From an uncultured Acidobacteriota bacterium (lineage in GTDB: Bacteria > Acidobacteriota > JAQAZP01): a stretch of 64,000 bases of DNA. Location: contig CAWIIB010000009.1 in the NCBI GenBank assembly GCA_963836075.1, positions 576,001 through 640,000 on the forward strand. The letters run 5' to 3'. The notes under the pieces were generated by a model, which saw only the letters and a list, made by a program, of their open reading frames with translations, did not search any database and was not told where the DNA came from. This document shows, piece by piece, positions 9,652 to 18,812 of this stretch; the first letter of the stretch is position 1; each line of letters begins with the position of its first letter. The translations under genes were made by a program, and so were the position numbers.

Positions 9652-9957
9652 ATGGCTAAAAACAAGCTTGATCCGGTCCACCCTGGTGAGATCCTATTTG
9701 AGGAATTCCTCAAACCTATGGGGCTCAGTCAAAACCAGCTCGCTAATGATATTGGTGTCCCCCCTCGTCGAATCAACGAGATTGTTCATGGTAAGCGTCG
9801 CGTTACGGCGGATACGGCTTTGCGGTTGGCAAAATATTTCAAGATGTCCCCAGAGTTTTGGCTCGGTCTTCAGATGGACTACGAGTTAGACCTCGAAATG
9901 GACCGTCTTGGTGACCGTTTAAGCAAGGAAGTTGGCGAATATTCACGAGCATCTTAG
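9652..9957 (+). CDS. higA: HigA antitoxin
   Basis: VHPGEILFEEFL..RINEIVHGKRRVTADTALRLA..FWLGLQ. Confidence 0.92.
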   Translation: MAKNKLDPVHPGEILFEEFLKPMGLSQNQLANDIGVPPRRINEIVHGKRRVTADTALRLAKYFKMSPEFWLGLQMDYELDLEMDRLGDRLSKEVGEYSRAS

Positions 9958-9964
9958 AAGAGGC

Positions 9965-10079
9965 GTCCAACAAGCCCATTCACCTGTCAGCCAGGTGTCA
10001 CGGCCCTTGCTGAACACTTGGCCGTTCTTCTGCTGGCAACGGCCGTGCCACCTGTTGCAGGTGATGGGTGGCGTTATGT
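9965..10079 (+). repeat. attC, family A
   Basis: gtccaac...gttatgt. Confidence 0.9.
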
Positions 10080-10093
10080 TTGAAGAGAATGAT

Positions 10094-10561
10094 ATGGAAT
10101 CAATGAGGACCTTAAAAGCTATAGAAGGTTTTATACAGCTTGTTGAGCAAGAGGGCTTCCCTGATGAAGCGCAACTTAAATTGGCGCTTGATGAGCTTGC
10201 TCTTGCAAGCAATATATGCACAGATTTTGAATTTGATGAAAGAGAATTACCAGAGGCACCAGACCTCGATCAGATAAAAATTCGAGACATGGTCTATTCT
10301 AAATTTCCAGATTATGGAATGTATAATTTACCTGAAAAAGTTGGAGGCGATTTGTCTGAGACAGAATAAATGCTTGGCAGTGCCCATGACGACTTACAGG
10401 ACATTTACAGAGATCTAAAAGAAGTAAAATGGACTTGGGAAAATAATAGTGCCGAGGATGGAATGTGGTATTTTCATTGGGGCTATGACCATCATTGGGG
10501 AGCTCATTTAAGAAATCTTCAATGGTATCTATATAATTCAAGATACGAAGGAAGCAGATAA
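10094..10561 (+). pseudogene. DUF5063-like protein with in-frame TAA at 10367
   Basis: Same frame on both sides of the stop; GSAHDDLQDIYRDL..W.F..HWGAH. Confidence 0.65.
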
Positions 10562-10564
10562 ATA

Positions 10565-10638
10565 ACATAACAAGGCAAATCAACTCGGATGCAATTTCCG
10601 CTGTGCTCCATTCGCACCGGTTATTTGCAGCGTTATGT
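10565..10638 (+). repeat. Short attC, foreign type
   Basis: acataac..gcaaatcaac...gttatttgc..gttatgt. Confidence 0.85.
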
Positions 10639-10652
10639 TTCCATGAGAATAT

Positions 10653-11012
10653 GTGATGATTAATCGAGCAGCTGTCATATTAAAATACAAAGCTCCTGCG
10701 GTTAAATGGATAAATGAAGCGGATCCGAATGCCAAAGGGCGGGAGTTTGATATCTCGCTGGAATCGGTAAATGAGGAAAGGACTGTTTATCTTATACCTG
10801 AAGAAGATGCAGATAATGATGCTGCTTTTAAAAAGTGGATTCGAAGATACTACAGTACGCTTTTTGAGTGGGAACTTGAGGGCTGGTACACAGATGAAGA
10901 GATGTGGCCAAAGGACAGAACATTGGAGCTTTTCAACGAGTGGTTCGAGGTCCAGTGCCATACCGTTATTGAAGACACCGTGGGTGATCCGATAGAAGAT
11001 GACGAAACATAA
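10653..11012 (+). CDS. Acidic hypothetical protein
   Basis: Fills the cassette; stop lies in R''; W.TDEEMWPKDRTL.LF.EWF. Confidence 0.8.
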   Translation: MMINRAAVILKYKAPAVKWINEADPNAKGREFDISLESVNEERTVYLIPEEDADNDAAFKKWIRRYYSTLFEWELEGWYTDEEMWPKDRTLELFNEWFEVQCHTVIEDTVGDPIEDDET

Positions 11013-11122
11013 CCATCCCATTCACCTGTCAGCCAGGTGTCACGGCCCTTGCTGAACAGATGGTCGTTATCCTGGTGGCAACGGCCGTGCCACCTGCCCA
11101 CAGGTGATGGTCGGCGTTAGCT
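11007..11122 (+). repeat. attC, family A
   Basis: acataac...gttagct. Confidence 0.9.
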
Positions 11123-11143
11123 CGACTCCAGAGAGGAAGATTA

Positions 11144-11407
11144 ATGAAGGCATATGGGAAACCTTCTATCGATTCCATCCGCTCTTTTGAAACATCAGCT
11201 CTATCATGTGCAAAGACCACGGATCCGCCCCCAGGATCTTTCCATTTGGGAAGTGCATACGATACCTTCACTGGCCATTTTGCTTTTGGATGGGGGACTT
11301 TGGAATCCCAAACCGGTTCAGCAGGCATCGGATTTGGCCCTGGTGGAACCTCATATTCTGGATCATATATGGGCGCTTGTGGTATATGGATAACATTCAG
11401 CTCTTAA
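11144..11407 (+). CDS. Small Gly/Ser-rich protein
   Basis: RBS gagg; C-terminus homologous to the remnant at 25829..25939. Confidence 0.65.
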   Translation: MKAYGKPSIDSIRSFETSALSCAKTTDPPPGSFHLGSAYDTFTGHFAFGWGTLESQTGSAGIGFGPGGTSYSGSYMGACGIWITFSS

Positions 11408-11422
11408 GTTAATCGAATGATG

Positions 11423-11537
11423 AGCTAACAATCCCATTCACCTGTCGTCCAGGTGTCACGGCCCTTGCTGAACCACCGGTCGTTTTGCTGGCGGCAACGG
11501 CCGTGCCACCTGCCGCAGGTGATGGGTGGCGCTGTGC
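11423..11537 (+). repeat. attC, family A, crossover triplet mutated (GCT)
   Basis: agctaac...gctgtgc; the next cassette ends in gcacaac. Confidence 0.85.
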
Positions 11538-11560
11538 TATATAGAACGTGGACACCTCAT

Positions 11561-12976
11561 TTGAAACTGCGTCTCTCAATAATCCTCGGCATACTGACCG
11601 TGCTCCACCTTGGCGGCTGCAGGCCACACCTTGAGTCGCAAGAGTCTCAATCAGCGATCGCATTCGTCAACGTAAATGTTGTTCCGATGGATCGCAACGT
11701 CGTCCTTAAGAACCATACAGTTGTAGTGGAAGGAGACAGAATTCAATCACTTGCTCCTACCGCTTTACTGAATCCACCTCCCGGATCTACCATCATTGAT
11801 GGTAAGAACAAATACCTCATGCCTGGCCTTGCGGACATGCATGTTCATGTCATTGATAAGGACCAACTGATCCTGTTTATTGCCAATGGAGTGACAACCG
11901 TTCGCAATATGTGGGGCGAACCAAAACATCTCGAGTGGCGACAAGCTATCAGCGATAATCAACTCGTGGGACCAACGATCTACACTGCGGGAGCCATAAT
12001 CGACGGTGACCCGCCGGTCTTCCCGGAAAGTCAAGTTGTCACCTCCACCGAGCAGGCGCAGATCATCGTAGCCGAACAGAAAGCAGCCGGCTATGACTTC
12101 TTAAAAGTGTACAGCAATTTGTCCCTGGAAGCCTACGATGCTTTGGTCGCAGCTGCGAGCGCTCTGGAGATACCGATAGATGGACATGTACCGGCAGATG
12201 TCGGGCTCGAACATGTTCTGGCATCTCGGCAACGCTGTATCGAACACCTGGATGGTTACGAAACCGCTCTGGTTTCAGATAGTTGTGCACCTCTTGACCA
12301 GCGTGGCCTTGCGGCACTGATACTGGCGTGGACCGCTCTTGATCGGAGCAAATTCCCCGAGATTGTAAAGCAAACGCGGGAAGCTGGAACTTGGAATTGT
12401 CCGACGTTGATTGTATATGAAAAATGGGTGCCACCGGATAAGGCGACCGCGCTGCTCAAAGGCAAGGAATTCACATACCTGTCACCCGACGAGATTGAAT
12501 TTCACCATCCGAAGAACAACTACACAAATAGCTTTACCCCTGCGATGTTTGGTGACGTCGCAACTGGTAACCCAATCCGCAAGGAACTGACGAAAAGGCT
12601 TCATGAAGGGGGTGCCCGAATCCTTCTCGGAACAGATTGTGGCAATCCGCTAGTCGTGCCGGGATTCTCAACACATGAGGAGTTGCAGAACCTCGTTGAA
12701 GCAGGTCTCACGCCATACGAAGCTATCAAGGCAGGTACGCATGATGCAGCGGAGTTCTTTAACGCGCTGGAGGAGTTTGGGACTGTAGCCGTTGGCAGTC
12801 GAGCAGACTTGATTCTCGTTGAAGGCAATCCACTCGATGACGTGGCTAATGTTGGGAAGCGCATTGGTGTCATGGCCCGAGGGAGTTGGTATCCCGAGAG
12901 AGCTTTGAAGGCGCGGTTGGATAAACTGGCGGCACGTTATTCTCGCGAGACAATGCATAAAATGACGCCGAATTGA
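11561..12976 (+). CDS. Amidohydrolase-family lipoprotein
   Basis: LMPGLADMHVH, GVTTVR, IEH, GTD and GSRADLIL motifs; LGGC lipobox; start codon uncertain. Confidence 0.9.
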   Translation: MKLRLSIILGILTVLHLGGCRPHLESQESQSAIAFVNVNVVPMDRNVVLKNHTVVVEGDRIQSLAPTALLNPPPGSTIIDGKNKYLMPGLADMHVHVIDKDQLILFIANGVTTVRNMWGEPKHLEWRQAISDNQLVGPTIYTAGAIIDGDPPVFPESQVVTSTEQAQIIVAEQKAAGYDFLKVYSNLSLEAYDALVAAASALEIPIDGHVPADVGLEHVLASRQRCIEHLDGYETALVSDSCAPLDQRGLAALILAWTALDRSKFPEIVKQTREAGTWNCPTLIVYEKWVPPDKATALLKGKEFTYLSPDEIEFHHPKNNYTNSFTPAMFGDVATGNPIRKELTKRLHEGGARILLGTDCGNPLVVPGFSTHEELQNLVEAGLTPYEAIKAGTHDAAEFFNALEEFGTVAVGSRADLILVEGNPLDDVANVGKRIGVMARGSWYPERALKARLDKLAARYSRETMHKMTPN

Positions 12977-12986
12977 ATGGATGAAC

Positions 12987-13105
12987 GCACAACAATTGAA
13001 TTGAGCGGGCCGGGGATTCCATCCCCAGCGGTCAGGCGAATGGCTTGAGCCACCCACGCGCCGGATAAGCATCCGGCATCCCGGCCGCTCATTCTGTCGT
13101 TGGAC
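12987..13105 (+). repeat. attC, foreign type
   Basis: gcacaac..gaattgagcgggccggg...cccggccgctcattc..gttggac. Confidence 0.85.
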
Positions 13106-13214
13106 GGCAACTGGAGGAATAAGACAGTAAACGGACAGGGCAATATCCGTAAGACCTTCAATAACTATAGCTTGCCTCTTGTTTTATCGTATCATCACAT
13201 GATATAGTAAGACC

Positions 13215-13430
13215 ATGAAAAAGCACCGATCAAAAAGGCGAGTAACCAGCAGAATCATTCGAAAGGGTGTAGCTACTGGCCGTCTCACAGAAGGTCAGCT
13301 CTCTACCCCTGCTGATCGAATTGAAGCCGTATGGGAACTCACGCTTTTATGCCATGCATGGTTGAGTGAATCTTTAGATGAACCGCGACTTCAAAGATCT
13401 CATAGCAGAGTTAAACGCACAAGGGGTTGA
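13215..13430 (+). CDS. Small basic protein, partner of the downstream nucleotidyltransferase
   Basis: Extended -10 (TGaTATAGT) with ATG at +7; overlaps the next gene by 53 nt. Confidence 0.6.
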   Translation: MKKHRSKRRVTSRIIRKGVATGRLTEGQLSTPADRIEAVWELTLLCHAWLSESLDEPRLQRSHSRVKRTRG

Positions 13431-13830
13431 GTTCATAGTGGTTGGTGCTCATGCCTTGGCAGCTCATGGCTTTGTACGAGCAACTCAAGACCTAGATATT
13501 TGGATTCGACCAAGCCTTGATAACGCCCAGAAGGTAATAATTGCACTTAAAAGCTTTGGTGCACCTCTTCACGATCTTACGGAAGACGACCTTATCAATG
13601 AAGACGTCGTCTTCCAAGTTGGTCTCCCACCTATCCGAATAGATATTCTCACTGCAATTGATGGTGTTTCATTCGGGGAGGCCTGGGAGGATCGCTTCCA
13701 TACTAAATTTTCAGGTCTTCCAATATCTGTTTTATCCAAACCCCTGTTGCTAAAAAACAAACGTGCCTCAGGCCGAAAACAAGATCTCGCTGATGTTGAG
13801 AGGTTGGAAAACCTTGAAGATACTGAGTAA
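13378..13830 (+). CDS. Pol-beta-fold nucleotidyltransferase (DUF6036-like)
   Basis: VVGAHAL..R.TQDLDIW and NKRASGRKQDLAD motifs. Confidence 0.8.
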   Translation: MNRDFKDLIAELNAQGVEFIVVGAHALAAHGFVRATQDLDIWIRPSLDNAQKVIIALKSFGAPLHDLTEDDLINEDVVFQVGLPPIRIDILTAIDGVSFGEAWEDRFHTKFSGLPISVLSKPLLLKNKRASGRKQDLADVERLENLEDTE

Positions 13831-13862
13831 TATTGAAATCAGTAGTATTTTGATAATCCACC

Positions 13863-14011
13863 GTCCAACAACCACATTCAACGGTCAAGCCGATTTCGTC
13901 ACGCTGGTTGCAATCCGCACGTTTGGTCAAAAGGCTCGCGCCGACGCTATCGGGCATTGCGAAGGCAACCATCTCGCCGACTCGGCTTGCCGCTGATGTG
14001 GAGCGTTAGCT
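13863..14011 (+). repeat. attC, family B
   Basis: gtccaac...gttagct. Confidence 0.9.
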
Positions 14012-14028
14012 TTGCACGGAGATGAGAT

Positions 14029-14601
14029 ATGGCAAATAGAAGGGTAGTAATATTTCTTACCACAATACTTTTCTCCAGCCTCCTTTCGTTGTCGTATGGA
14101 TTGCGCGATTTGGAAATTGTCCCAGATGGGGATATGCCTAATGTGGTTCCTTTGTATGTATTTGGTGAGCCCATTTCATTACGAATGATATTGATCAATT
14201 TGGGCCCTGATGAAGTGCTCACCTTTTTAAACTATCATGAGAATGAAGATAAGACTGATGAAATATGCGGGCTTACCGTGCGAGTCGTAGAGGATTCGGG
14301 GAAAGTCCTTACAAGACATGACATCTTTCCATCTGATCCTGGCAGAAGCGATTGGTGGACATTTAAGTACCTGGAATCTACTGCATACGAGATGGGCTCA
14401 GATGGGCAGGTGTCAAGTAAGGTTCATATATTGGATCCTGGGACTTCCGCCTCATGCATATTTAGGCTTGATAAGGTTCTCAGAGATGCCCCTGGACTCA
14501 GTGGACCACTTGTTCCTGGCTACTATGATGTCCAGGTATCATATGATCAACTGACATCAAATATTCTTCGAATTCAAATAGTAAATGAGATCCAGAAGTG
14601 A
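14029..14601 (+). CDS. Exported hypothetical protein, probably beta-sandwich
   Basis: Signal peptide; PGYYDVQVSY..SNILRIQI end. Confidence 0.75.
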   Translation: MANRRVVIFLTTILFSSLLSLSYGLRDLEIVPDGDMPNVVPLYVFGEPISLRMILINLGPDEVLTFLNYHENEDKTDEICGLTVRVVEDSGKVLTRHDIFPSDPGRSDWWTFKYLESTAYEMGSDGQVSSKVHILDPGTSASCIFRLDKVLRDAPGLSGPLVPGYYDVQVSYDQLTSNILRIQIVNEIQK

Positions 14602-14607
14602 GTGGCA

Positions 14608-14723
14608 AGCTAACCATCCCATTCACCTGTCGATCAGGTGTCACGGCCCTTGCTTGACAAACGGTCGCTCTTCTGGTGGCAACGGCCGTGCCACCTGTCC
14701 GCAGGTGATGGGTGACGTTGGCC
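14608..14723 (+). repeat. attC, family A
   Basis: agctaac...gttggcc. Confidence 0.9.
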
Positions 14724-14745
14724 TCCAAATAATTGAAATAAAGTA

Positions 14746-14781
14746 TTGACGAAGTGTAGCCGATAGGCTACATTGTAAGTG
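14746..14781 (+). promoter_or_regulatory. TA promoter/operator
   Basis: TTGACG-17-TACATT with tgtagcc-gata-ggctaca inverted repeat. Confidence 0.75.
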
Positions 14782-15072
14782 ATGGTAGAGATACGAAAAA
14801 CAGCAAACTTTGTTAAGTGGATTGACGGGTTACGTGACATTCGTGCCCGTGCTCGAGTGCAAGCGAGAATCGAACGCCTTGCCCTCGGACATACAGGCGA
14901 CGCAAAACCGGTGGGCGAAGGGGTATCAGAGCTGAGGATCGATTATGGTCCTGGATATCGAGTCTACTGCAAGAAGCAGGGCCAAACATTGATTGTTCTG
15001 CTAGCCGGCGGCGATAAACGGACTCAAAGCCGGGACATTAAGACTGCCCTGCGCCTCGCGCGTGACCTCTAG
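14782..15072 (+). CDS. RelE-superfamily addiction-module killer (HI1419-like)
   Basis: GDAKPVGEGVSELRIDYGPGYRVY..LLAGGDKRTQ. Confidence 0.9.
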   Translation: MVEIRKTANFVKWIDGLRDIRARARVQARIERLALGHTGDAKPVGEGVSELRIDYGPGYRVYCKKQGQTLIVLLAGGDKRTQSRDIKTALRLARDL

Positions 15073-15082
15073 GAGATTGACT

Positions 15083-15382
15083 ATGAGTAAAACAAAAACC
15101 ACTCGATACGATGTAGCCGAGCACCTTAGGACACCAGAAGAAATGGCAGCATACCTGGAAGCTTGTTTTGAAGAGTCCGAAGGAGATGCGTCATTCATAG
15201 CTAAAGCGCTCGGCGATATTGCTCGCGCTAAAGGCATGACACAAGTTGCGCGCGATGCCGGTCTTTCCCGGGAAAGCCTATACAAGGCTCTATCGGGAGA
15301 GCGTACACCAAGCTTCGATACGATTCTTAAGGTTATCAAGGCACTCGGTATTGAACTGCATGCTGCTCCGGTACAAACCTGA
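15083..15382 (+). CDS. HTH addiction-module antidote (HI1420-like)
   Basis: ALGDIARAKGMTQVARDAGLSRESLYKALS..PSFDTI. Confidence 0.9.
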   Translation: MSKTKTTRYDVAEHLRTPEEMAAYLEACFEESEGDASFIAKALGDIARAKGMTQVARDAGLSRESLYKALSGERTPSFDTILKVIKALGIELHAAPVQT

Positions 15383-15390
15383 AACGGCGA

Positions 15391-15536
15391 GGCCAACAAC
15401 CACATTCAACGGTCAAGCCGATTCCGTCACGCTGTTTGCAAACCGTGCGGTCAATCAAAAGGCTCGTTAGGTCCCTTCACGGCATTGCCAAAGCAACCAG
15501 CGCGCCGGGGCTTGCCGCTGATGTGGGGCGTTAGCT
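15391..15536 (+). repeat. attC, family B
   Basis: ggccaac...gttagct. Confidence 0.9.
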
Positions 15537-15549
15537 CGCTAGAAAAGAA

Positions 15550-15786
15550 ATGGAATTTATCGAGACTATCCTGACGTTTCTGTCCATATTTTGTGTCGTG
15601 GTCTCATTCGCCATCTTCATCATAGTCGGCATTAGTCATGGTGGTGGGCTATACATGTCGCCTTCTGATCCTGCTCTAGTGAACGAGATCAGCAAGACGG
15701 GGATCAGGTGGTTCATCGCAGCTTTTTTCTTGATGCTGATAGGTATCGCATCGCTAATACTACTGGTTTTGATAGCCTTGCAATAG
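15550..15786 (+). CDS. Small two-TM membrane protein
   Basis: Only ORF at the cassette start; two hydrophobic helices. Confidence 0.6.
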   Translation: MEFIETILTFLSIFCVVVSFAIFIIVGISHGGGLYMSPSDPALVNEISKTGIRWFIAAFFLMLIGIASLILLVLIALQ

Positions 15787-15871
15787 AAACGCTCTCAGTT
15801 CCTGCGTGAGAGAGACGGACGGGGCCATAGGTAACAGTAGAGTCCACGCACATGGGTAACATAAAAGTCCG

Positions 15872-16018
15872 AGCTAACAACCACATTCAACGGCCAAGCC
15901 GATGCCGTCACGCCGGTTGCAGACCGCGCGGCAAATCAAACAACCCGTTTCAGCCCTTCCTGGCTTTGAAAAAGCAACCAGCGCGCCGGCGGCTTGCCGC
16001 TGATGTGGAGCGTTCGGT
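15872..16018 (+). repeat. attC, family B
   Basis: agctaac...gttcggt. Confidence 0.9.
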
Positions 16019-16035
16019 CGATTAGAAATAAAACC

Positions 16036-16074
16036 TTGACAGGAAAACAATATCACCGTATCTTACTAGTAAGA
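16036..16074 (+). promoter_or_regulatory. TA promoter/operator
   Basis: TTGACA-17-TATCTT; tcttactagtaaga palindrome. Confidence 0.75.
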
Positions 16075-16095
16075 CCCTAAACTTGGAGGTTCCTG

Positions 16096-16359
16096 ATGAG
16101 TTCACTAGCCACAACCAAAATGTCCTCGAAAGGACAAGTCGTTATTCCGGAAGAGGTTCGTAAGCGCTTAGGGCTTGAGCCCGGAACACAGTTCGTTGTC
16201 ATCGGCGATAAGGAAGCCGTTGTCCTCAAGATACTATCGCCTCCATCGATGGATGAATTTGATGAGCTGATTTCAAAGGCACGCCGTCAGGCCAAGCAAG
16301 CCGGAATGAAGAAATCTGACATTCAAAAAGCTGTTGCGAAGTCTCGGAGCAAAAAGTGA
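16096..16359 (+). CDS. AbrB/MazE-type antitoxin
   Basis: TTKMSSKGQVVIPEEVRKRLGLEPG. Confidence 0.9.
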   Translation: MSSLATTKMSSKGQVVIPEEVRKRLGLEPGTQFVVIGDKEAVVLKILSPPSMDEFDELISKARRQAKQAGMKKSDIQKAVAKSRSKK

Positions 16360-16760
16360 ACATCGTCCTTGACACAAATGTGTTCGTGTCAGGCATTTTC
16401 TATTCCGGGCCTCCATACCAAATCCTCCAAGCCTGGCGCGATCGTATCGTTCAGATTGTCACTTCACCCGAGATCCTCGATGAGTACACACGGGTTCTTG
16501 AAGAACTCGGAACACAGCATCCGGAAATTTCCATCCTACCCATCATCGATTTTCTAACCCTTCATACACATATCGTCCTTGCCCCACCGTTGCAGACTGC
16601 CGTTTGTACTGATCCGGACGATGACATGTTCTTCGCTTGCGCAGTCGCAAGTAAAACGAAGCTCATTGTAAGCGGTGACAAGCACTTGCTCTCATGTGAT
16701 GGTTATAAAGGTATTGAGGTTTTGAAACCCAGAGCGTTTGTTGAAAATTACTCGCTATAA
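16356..16760 (+). CDS. PIN-domain toxin
   Basis: VLDTNVFVS..DPDDDMFFACA..IVSGDKHLL; GTGA overlap with the antitoxin. Confidence 0.9.
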   Translation: MNIVLDTNVFVSGIFYSGPPYQILQAWRDRIVQIVTSPEILDEYTRVLEELGTQHPEISILPIIDFLTLHTHIVLAPPLQTAVCTDPDDDMFFACAVASKTKLIVSGDKHLLSCDGYKGIEVLKPRAFVENYSL

Positions 16761-16769
16761 GAAAGACCG

Positions 16770-16883
16770 ACCGAACCATCCCATTCACCAGGCAGCCAGG
16801 TGTCACGGCCCTTGCTAACTGACGGTCGCTTCCCTGGTGGCAACGGCCGTGCCACCTGCCGCAGGTGATGGGTGACGTTATGC
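16770..16883 (+). repeat. attC, family A
   Basis: accgaac...gttatgc. Confidence 0.9.
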
Positions 16884-16895
16884 AGGAATAGTGAT

Positions 16896-17372
16896 ATGAA
16901 GCATGTAGTTTATCTTGTATTTCTATTGTCCTTTTCATGTTGTCTACATGGACAGACGCAATCAAATATGCTCGATGAATTGATACTAAATCGAGCCAAA
17001 TGGGAGGCTCTTGGTTTAACCGACTATGATATTCAGATTAAAGATGACACATGCTGGTGTATGCATGCACTGGGTTATGGGCCTATAAAATCTTACGTGA
17101 GGAATGACCAAATACGATCTTCATACTATTTGGGTGAGCGCCGAGACGGTTATAAGAATGGTGACAGGATAAGAGAGAGTTCTCATCTGATAAAGACAAT
17201 AAAGGACCTTTTTGAGTTAGCGGAACTAAGAATCAGGAAAGCATCACCTGAAGCGATTAGCATCAAGTACGATGAGGTATATGGTTTTCCTTCAGTGATT
17301 GACTACGATGAGCCAGAGTGGGCCGATGAGCAGTCCCGGTTGATTGTAGTGTCCTTCAAGGCAAGGAAATAG
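16896..17372 (+). CDS. DUF6174-like exported protein
   Basis: RAKWEALGLTDY..C.C..TIKDLF..YDEVYGFP..D...ADE. Confidence 0.7.
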   Translation: MKHVVYLVFLLSFSCCLHGQTQSNMLDELILNRAKWEALGLTDYDIQIKDDTCWCMHALGYGPIKSYVRNDQIRSSYYLGERRDGYKNGDRIRESSHLIKTIKDLFELAELRIRKASPEAISIKYDEVYGFPSVIDYDEPEWADEQSRLIVVSFKARK

Positions 17373-17377
17373 AAACT

Positions 17378-17493
17378 GCATAACAAACCCATCCACCTGC
17401 TGTCCAAGTGTCAGGGCCCTTGCTGAACAGGCGGTCGCTTTCCTGGTGGCAACGGCCGTGCCACCTGCCCGCAGGTGATGGGTGACGTTAGGG
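17378..17493 (+). repeat. attC, family A
   Basis: gcataac...gttaggg. Confidence 0.9.
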
Positions 17494-17525
17494 TAAACCA
17501 ATTTAATGAAGCCAACAGAAATCTC

Positions 17526-17554
17526 TTGACTTTCAGCGATAACGTGATTACATT
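17526..17554 (+). promoter_or_regulatory. mazEF promoter
   Basis: TTGACT-17-TACATT. Confidence 0.65.
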
Positions 17555-17579
17555 GTAGTTACCGACTGGAGGTAACAAG

Positions 17580-17831
17580 ATGAAGACAAAAATAGTGAAA
17601 ATTGGCAATTCTCAGGGTGTTCGCATTCCCAAACCTCTAATCGAGCAAACAGGCTTGTCTGACGAGGTTGAAATCAGCATCCAAGGAGACACCCTCGTTA
17701 TCAGTGTGGCTCATAGGCCGCGTGAAGGCTGGGAAGTTTCCTTCCAGGCCATGGCTGATGAAGGTGCAGATTCTCTGCTGGATGATACCCTTCAAACTTC
17801 TGCGTGGGATGATGAGGAGTGGGAATGGTAA
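17580..17831 (+). CDS. mazE: MazE/AbrB antitoxin
   Basis: IVKIGNSQGVRIPK..WDDEEWEW. Confidence 0.9.
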   Translation: MKTKIVKIGNSQGVRIPKPLIEQTGLSDEVEISIQGDTLVISVAHRPREGWEVSFQAMADEGADSLLDDTLQTSAWDDEEWEW

Positions 17832-18148
17832 TCAATCGCTTCGACGTCTATCTTGTCAACCTTGATCCGACCGTCGGAAGTGAAATCAAGAAGACGCGCC
17901 CCTGCCTAGTCATATCCCCTGATGAGATGAATCATCATATCCGCACTTTGATCGTCGCTCCGATGACAACCAAAGGAAAGCCCTATCCAAGCAGGGTGAA
18001 ATGTAGGTTTAAGGGAAAATCTGGCCTTATTGTTCTAGACCAAATCCGGACGATTGACGCCAACCGAATCGTAAAGAGACTCGGACGTATCAATAAGCAA
18101 ACCGAAGTGAAGGTTTTAGATCTTCTTGGTGAGATGTTTGCACCATAG
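17825..18148 (+). CDS. mazF: MazF/PemK toxin
   Basis: VNLDPTVGSEIKKTRPCLVIS..VAPMTT..DQIRTID. Confidence 0.92.
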   Translation: MVINRFDVYLVNLDPTVGSEIKKTRPCLVISPDEMNHHIRTLIVAPMTTKGKPYPSRVKCRFKGKSGLIVLDQIRTIDANRIVKRLGRINKQTEVKVLDLLGEMFAP

Positions 18149-18156
18149 AAAGGTCA

Positions 18157-18273
18157 CCCTAACCATCCCATACACCTGGCAGCCAGGTGTCACGGCCCTT
18201 GCTAAGCAGCCAGCCGTTTTAGCTGGGGTCAACGGCCGTGCCACCTGTCCGCAGGTGATGGGTTGCGTTAGGC
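18157..18273 (+). repeat. attC, family A
   Basis: ccctaac...gttaggc. Confidence 0.9.
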
Positions 18274-18307
18274 TCCATTTACTTAGATAAACGAGCAACG
18301 GGAGGGA

Positions 18308-18526
18308 GTGGCTCACATGAACAGACCGGTAGTGGTTATTGGGATTGTTATCATCGTCAACGCGTGCATTTGGGGATTCACCATGATCATGGCATCCCGT
18401 GCACTCAGCGGTACTGGAGCATATGAGCAGATACAGAACATCCTTGCCGCTGGCGCCGCTTCGTCGCTCATCGTGGTGGGTGGAGGTCTTGGCGGTCTGG
18501 TCACGCGCTTGAAGTCGAAGGAGTGA
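18308..18526 (+). CDS. Small two-TM membrane protein
   Basis: RBS ggaggga; two hydrophobic segments. Confidence 0.6.
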   Translation: MAHMNRPVVVIGIVIIVNACIWGFTMIMASRALSGTGAYEQIQNILAAGAASSLIVVGGGLGGLVTRLKSKE

Positions 18527-18591
18527 CCACCGCCTGCTTGCCGGCCGGGTTGTGTGCGAGTGGGTTCGCTGCAACCTAATTGTCGTTAGGC
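18520..18591 (+). repeat. Degenerate attC
   Basis: gttaggctt at 18585 complements aagcctaac at the end of the next cassette; left arm is poorly conserved. Confidence 0.45.
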
Positions 18592-18611
18592 TTTCATGTG
18601 AGAGGAATTCA

Positions 18612-18779
18612 ATGAAAAAGCTACCTCTCCTTTTCGCGGTTATCAGCTTCATCCTTGCGATTGTCATTTTCTTCGGAACTGAAGGGTATCGGGCCATCTA
18701 CAGTGGGCTGTTCTTTTTCTTGATATCTGTTGTGTTTCTTTGCAGAGCTCGGAAGCGTGGACAGAAAGCCCCAGAGTAA
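18612..18779 (+). CDS. 55-aa two-TM peptide
   Basis: RBS gagagga; MKKLPLLFAVISFIL..YSGLFFFLI. Confidence 0.65.
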   Translation: MKKLPLLFAVISFILAIVIFFGTEGYRAIYSGLFFFLISVVFLCRARKRGQKAPE

Positions 18780-18812
18780 TCCTGTTGCCAGTGAGCACTC
18801 ATTGAGGGTGAA

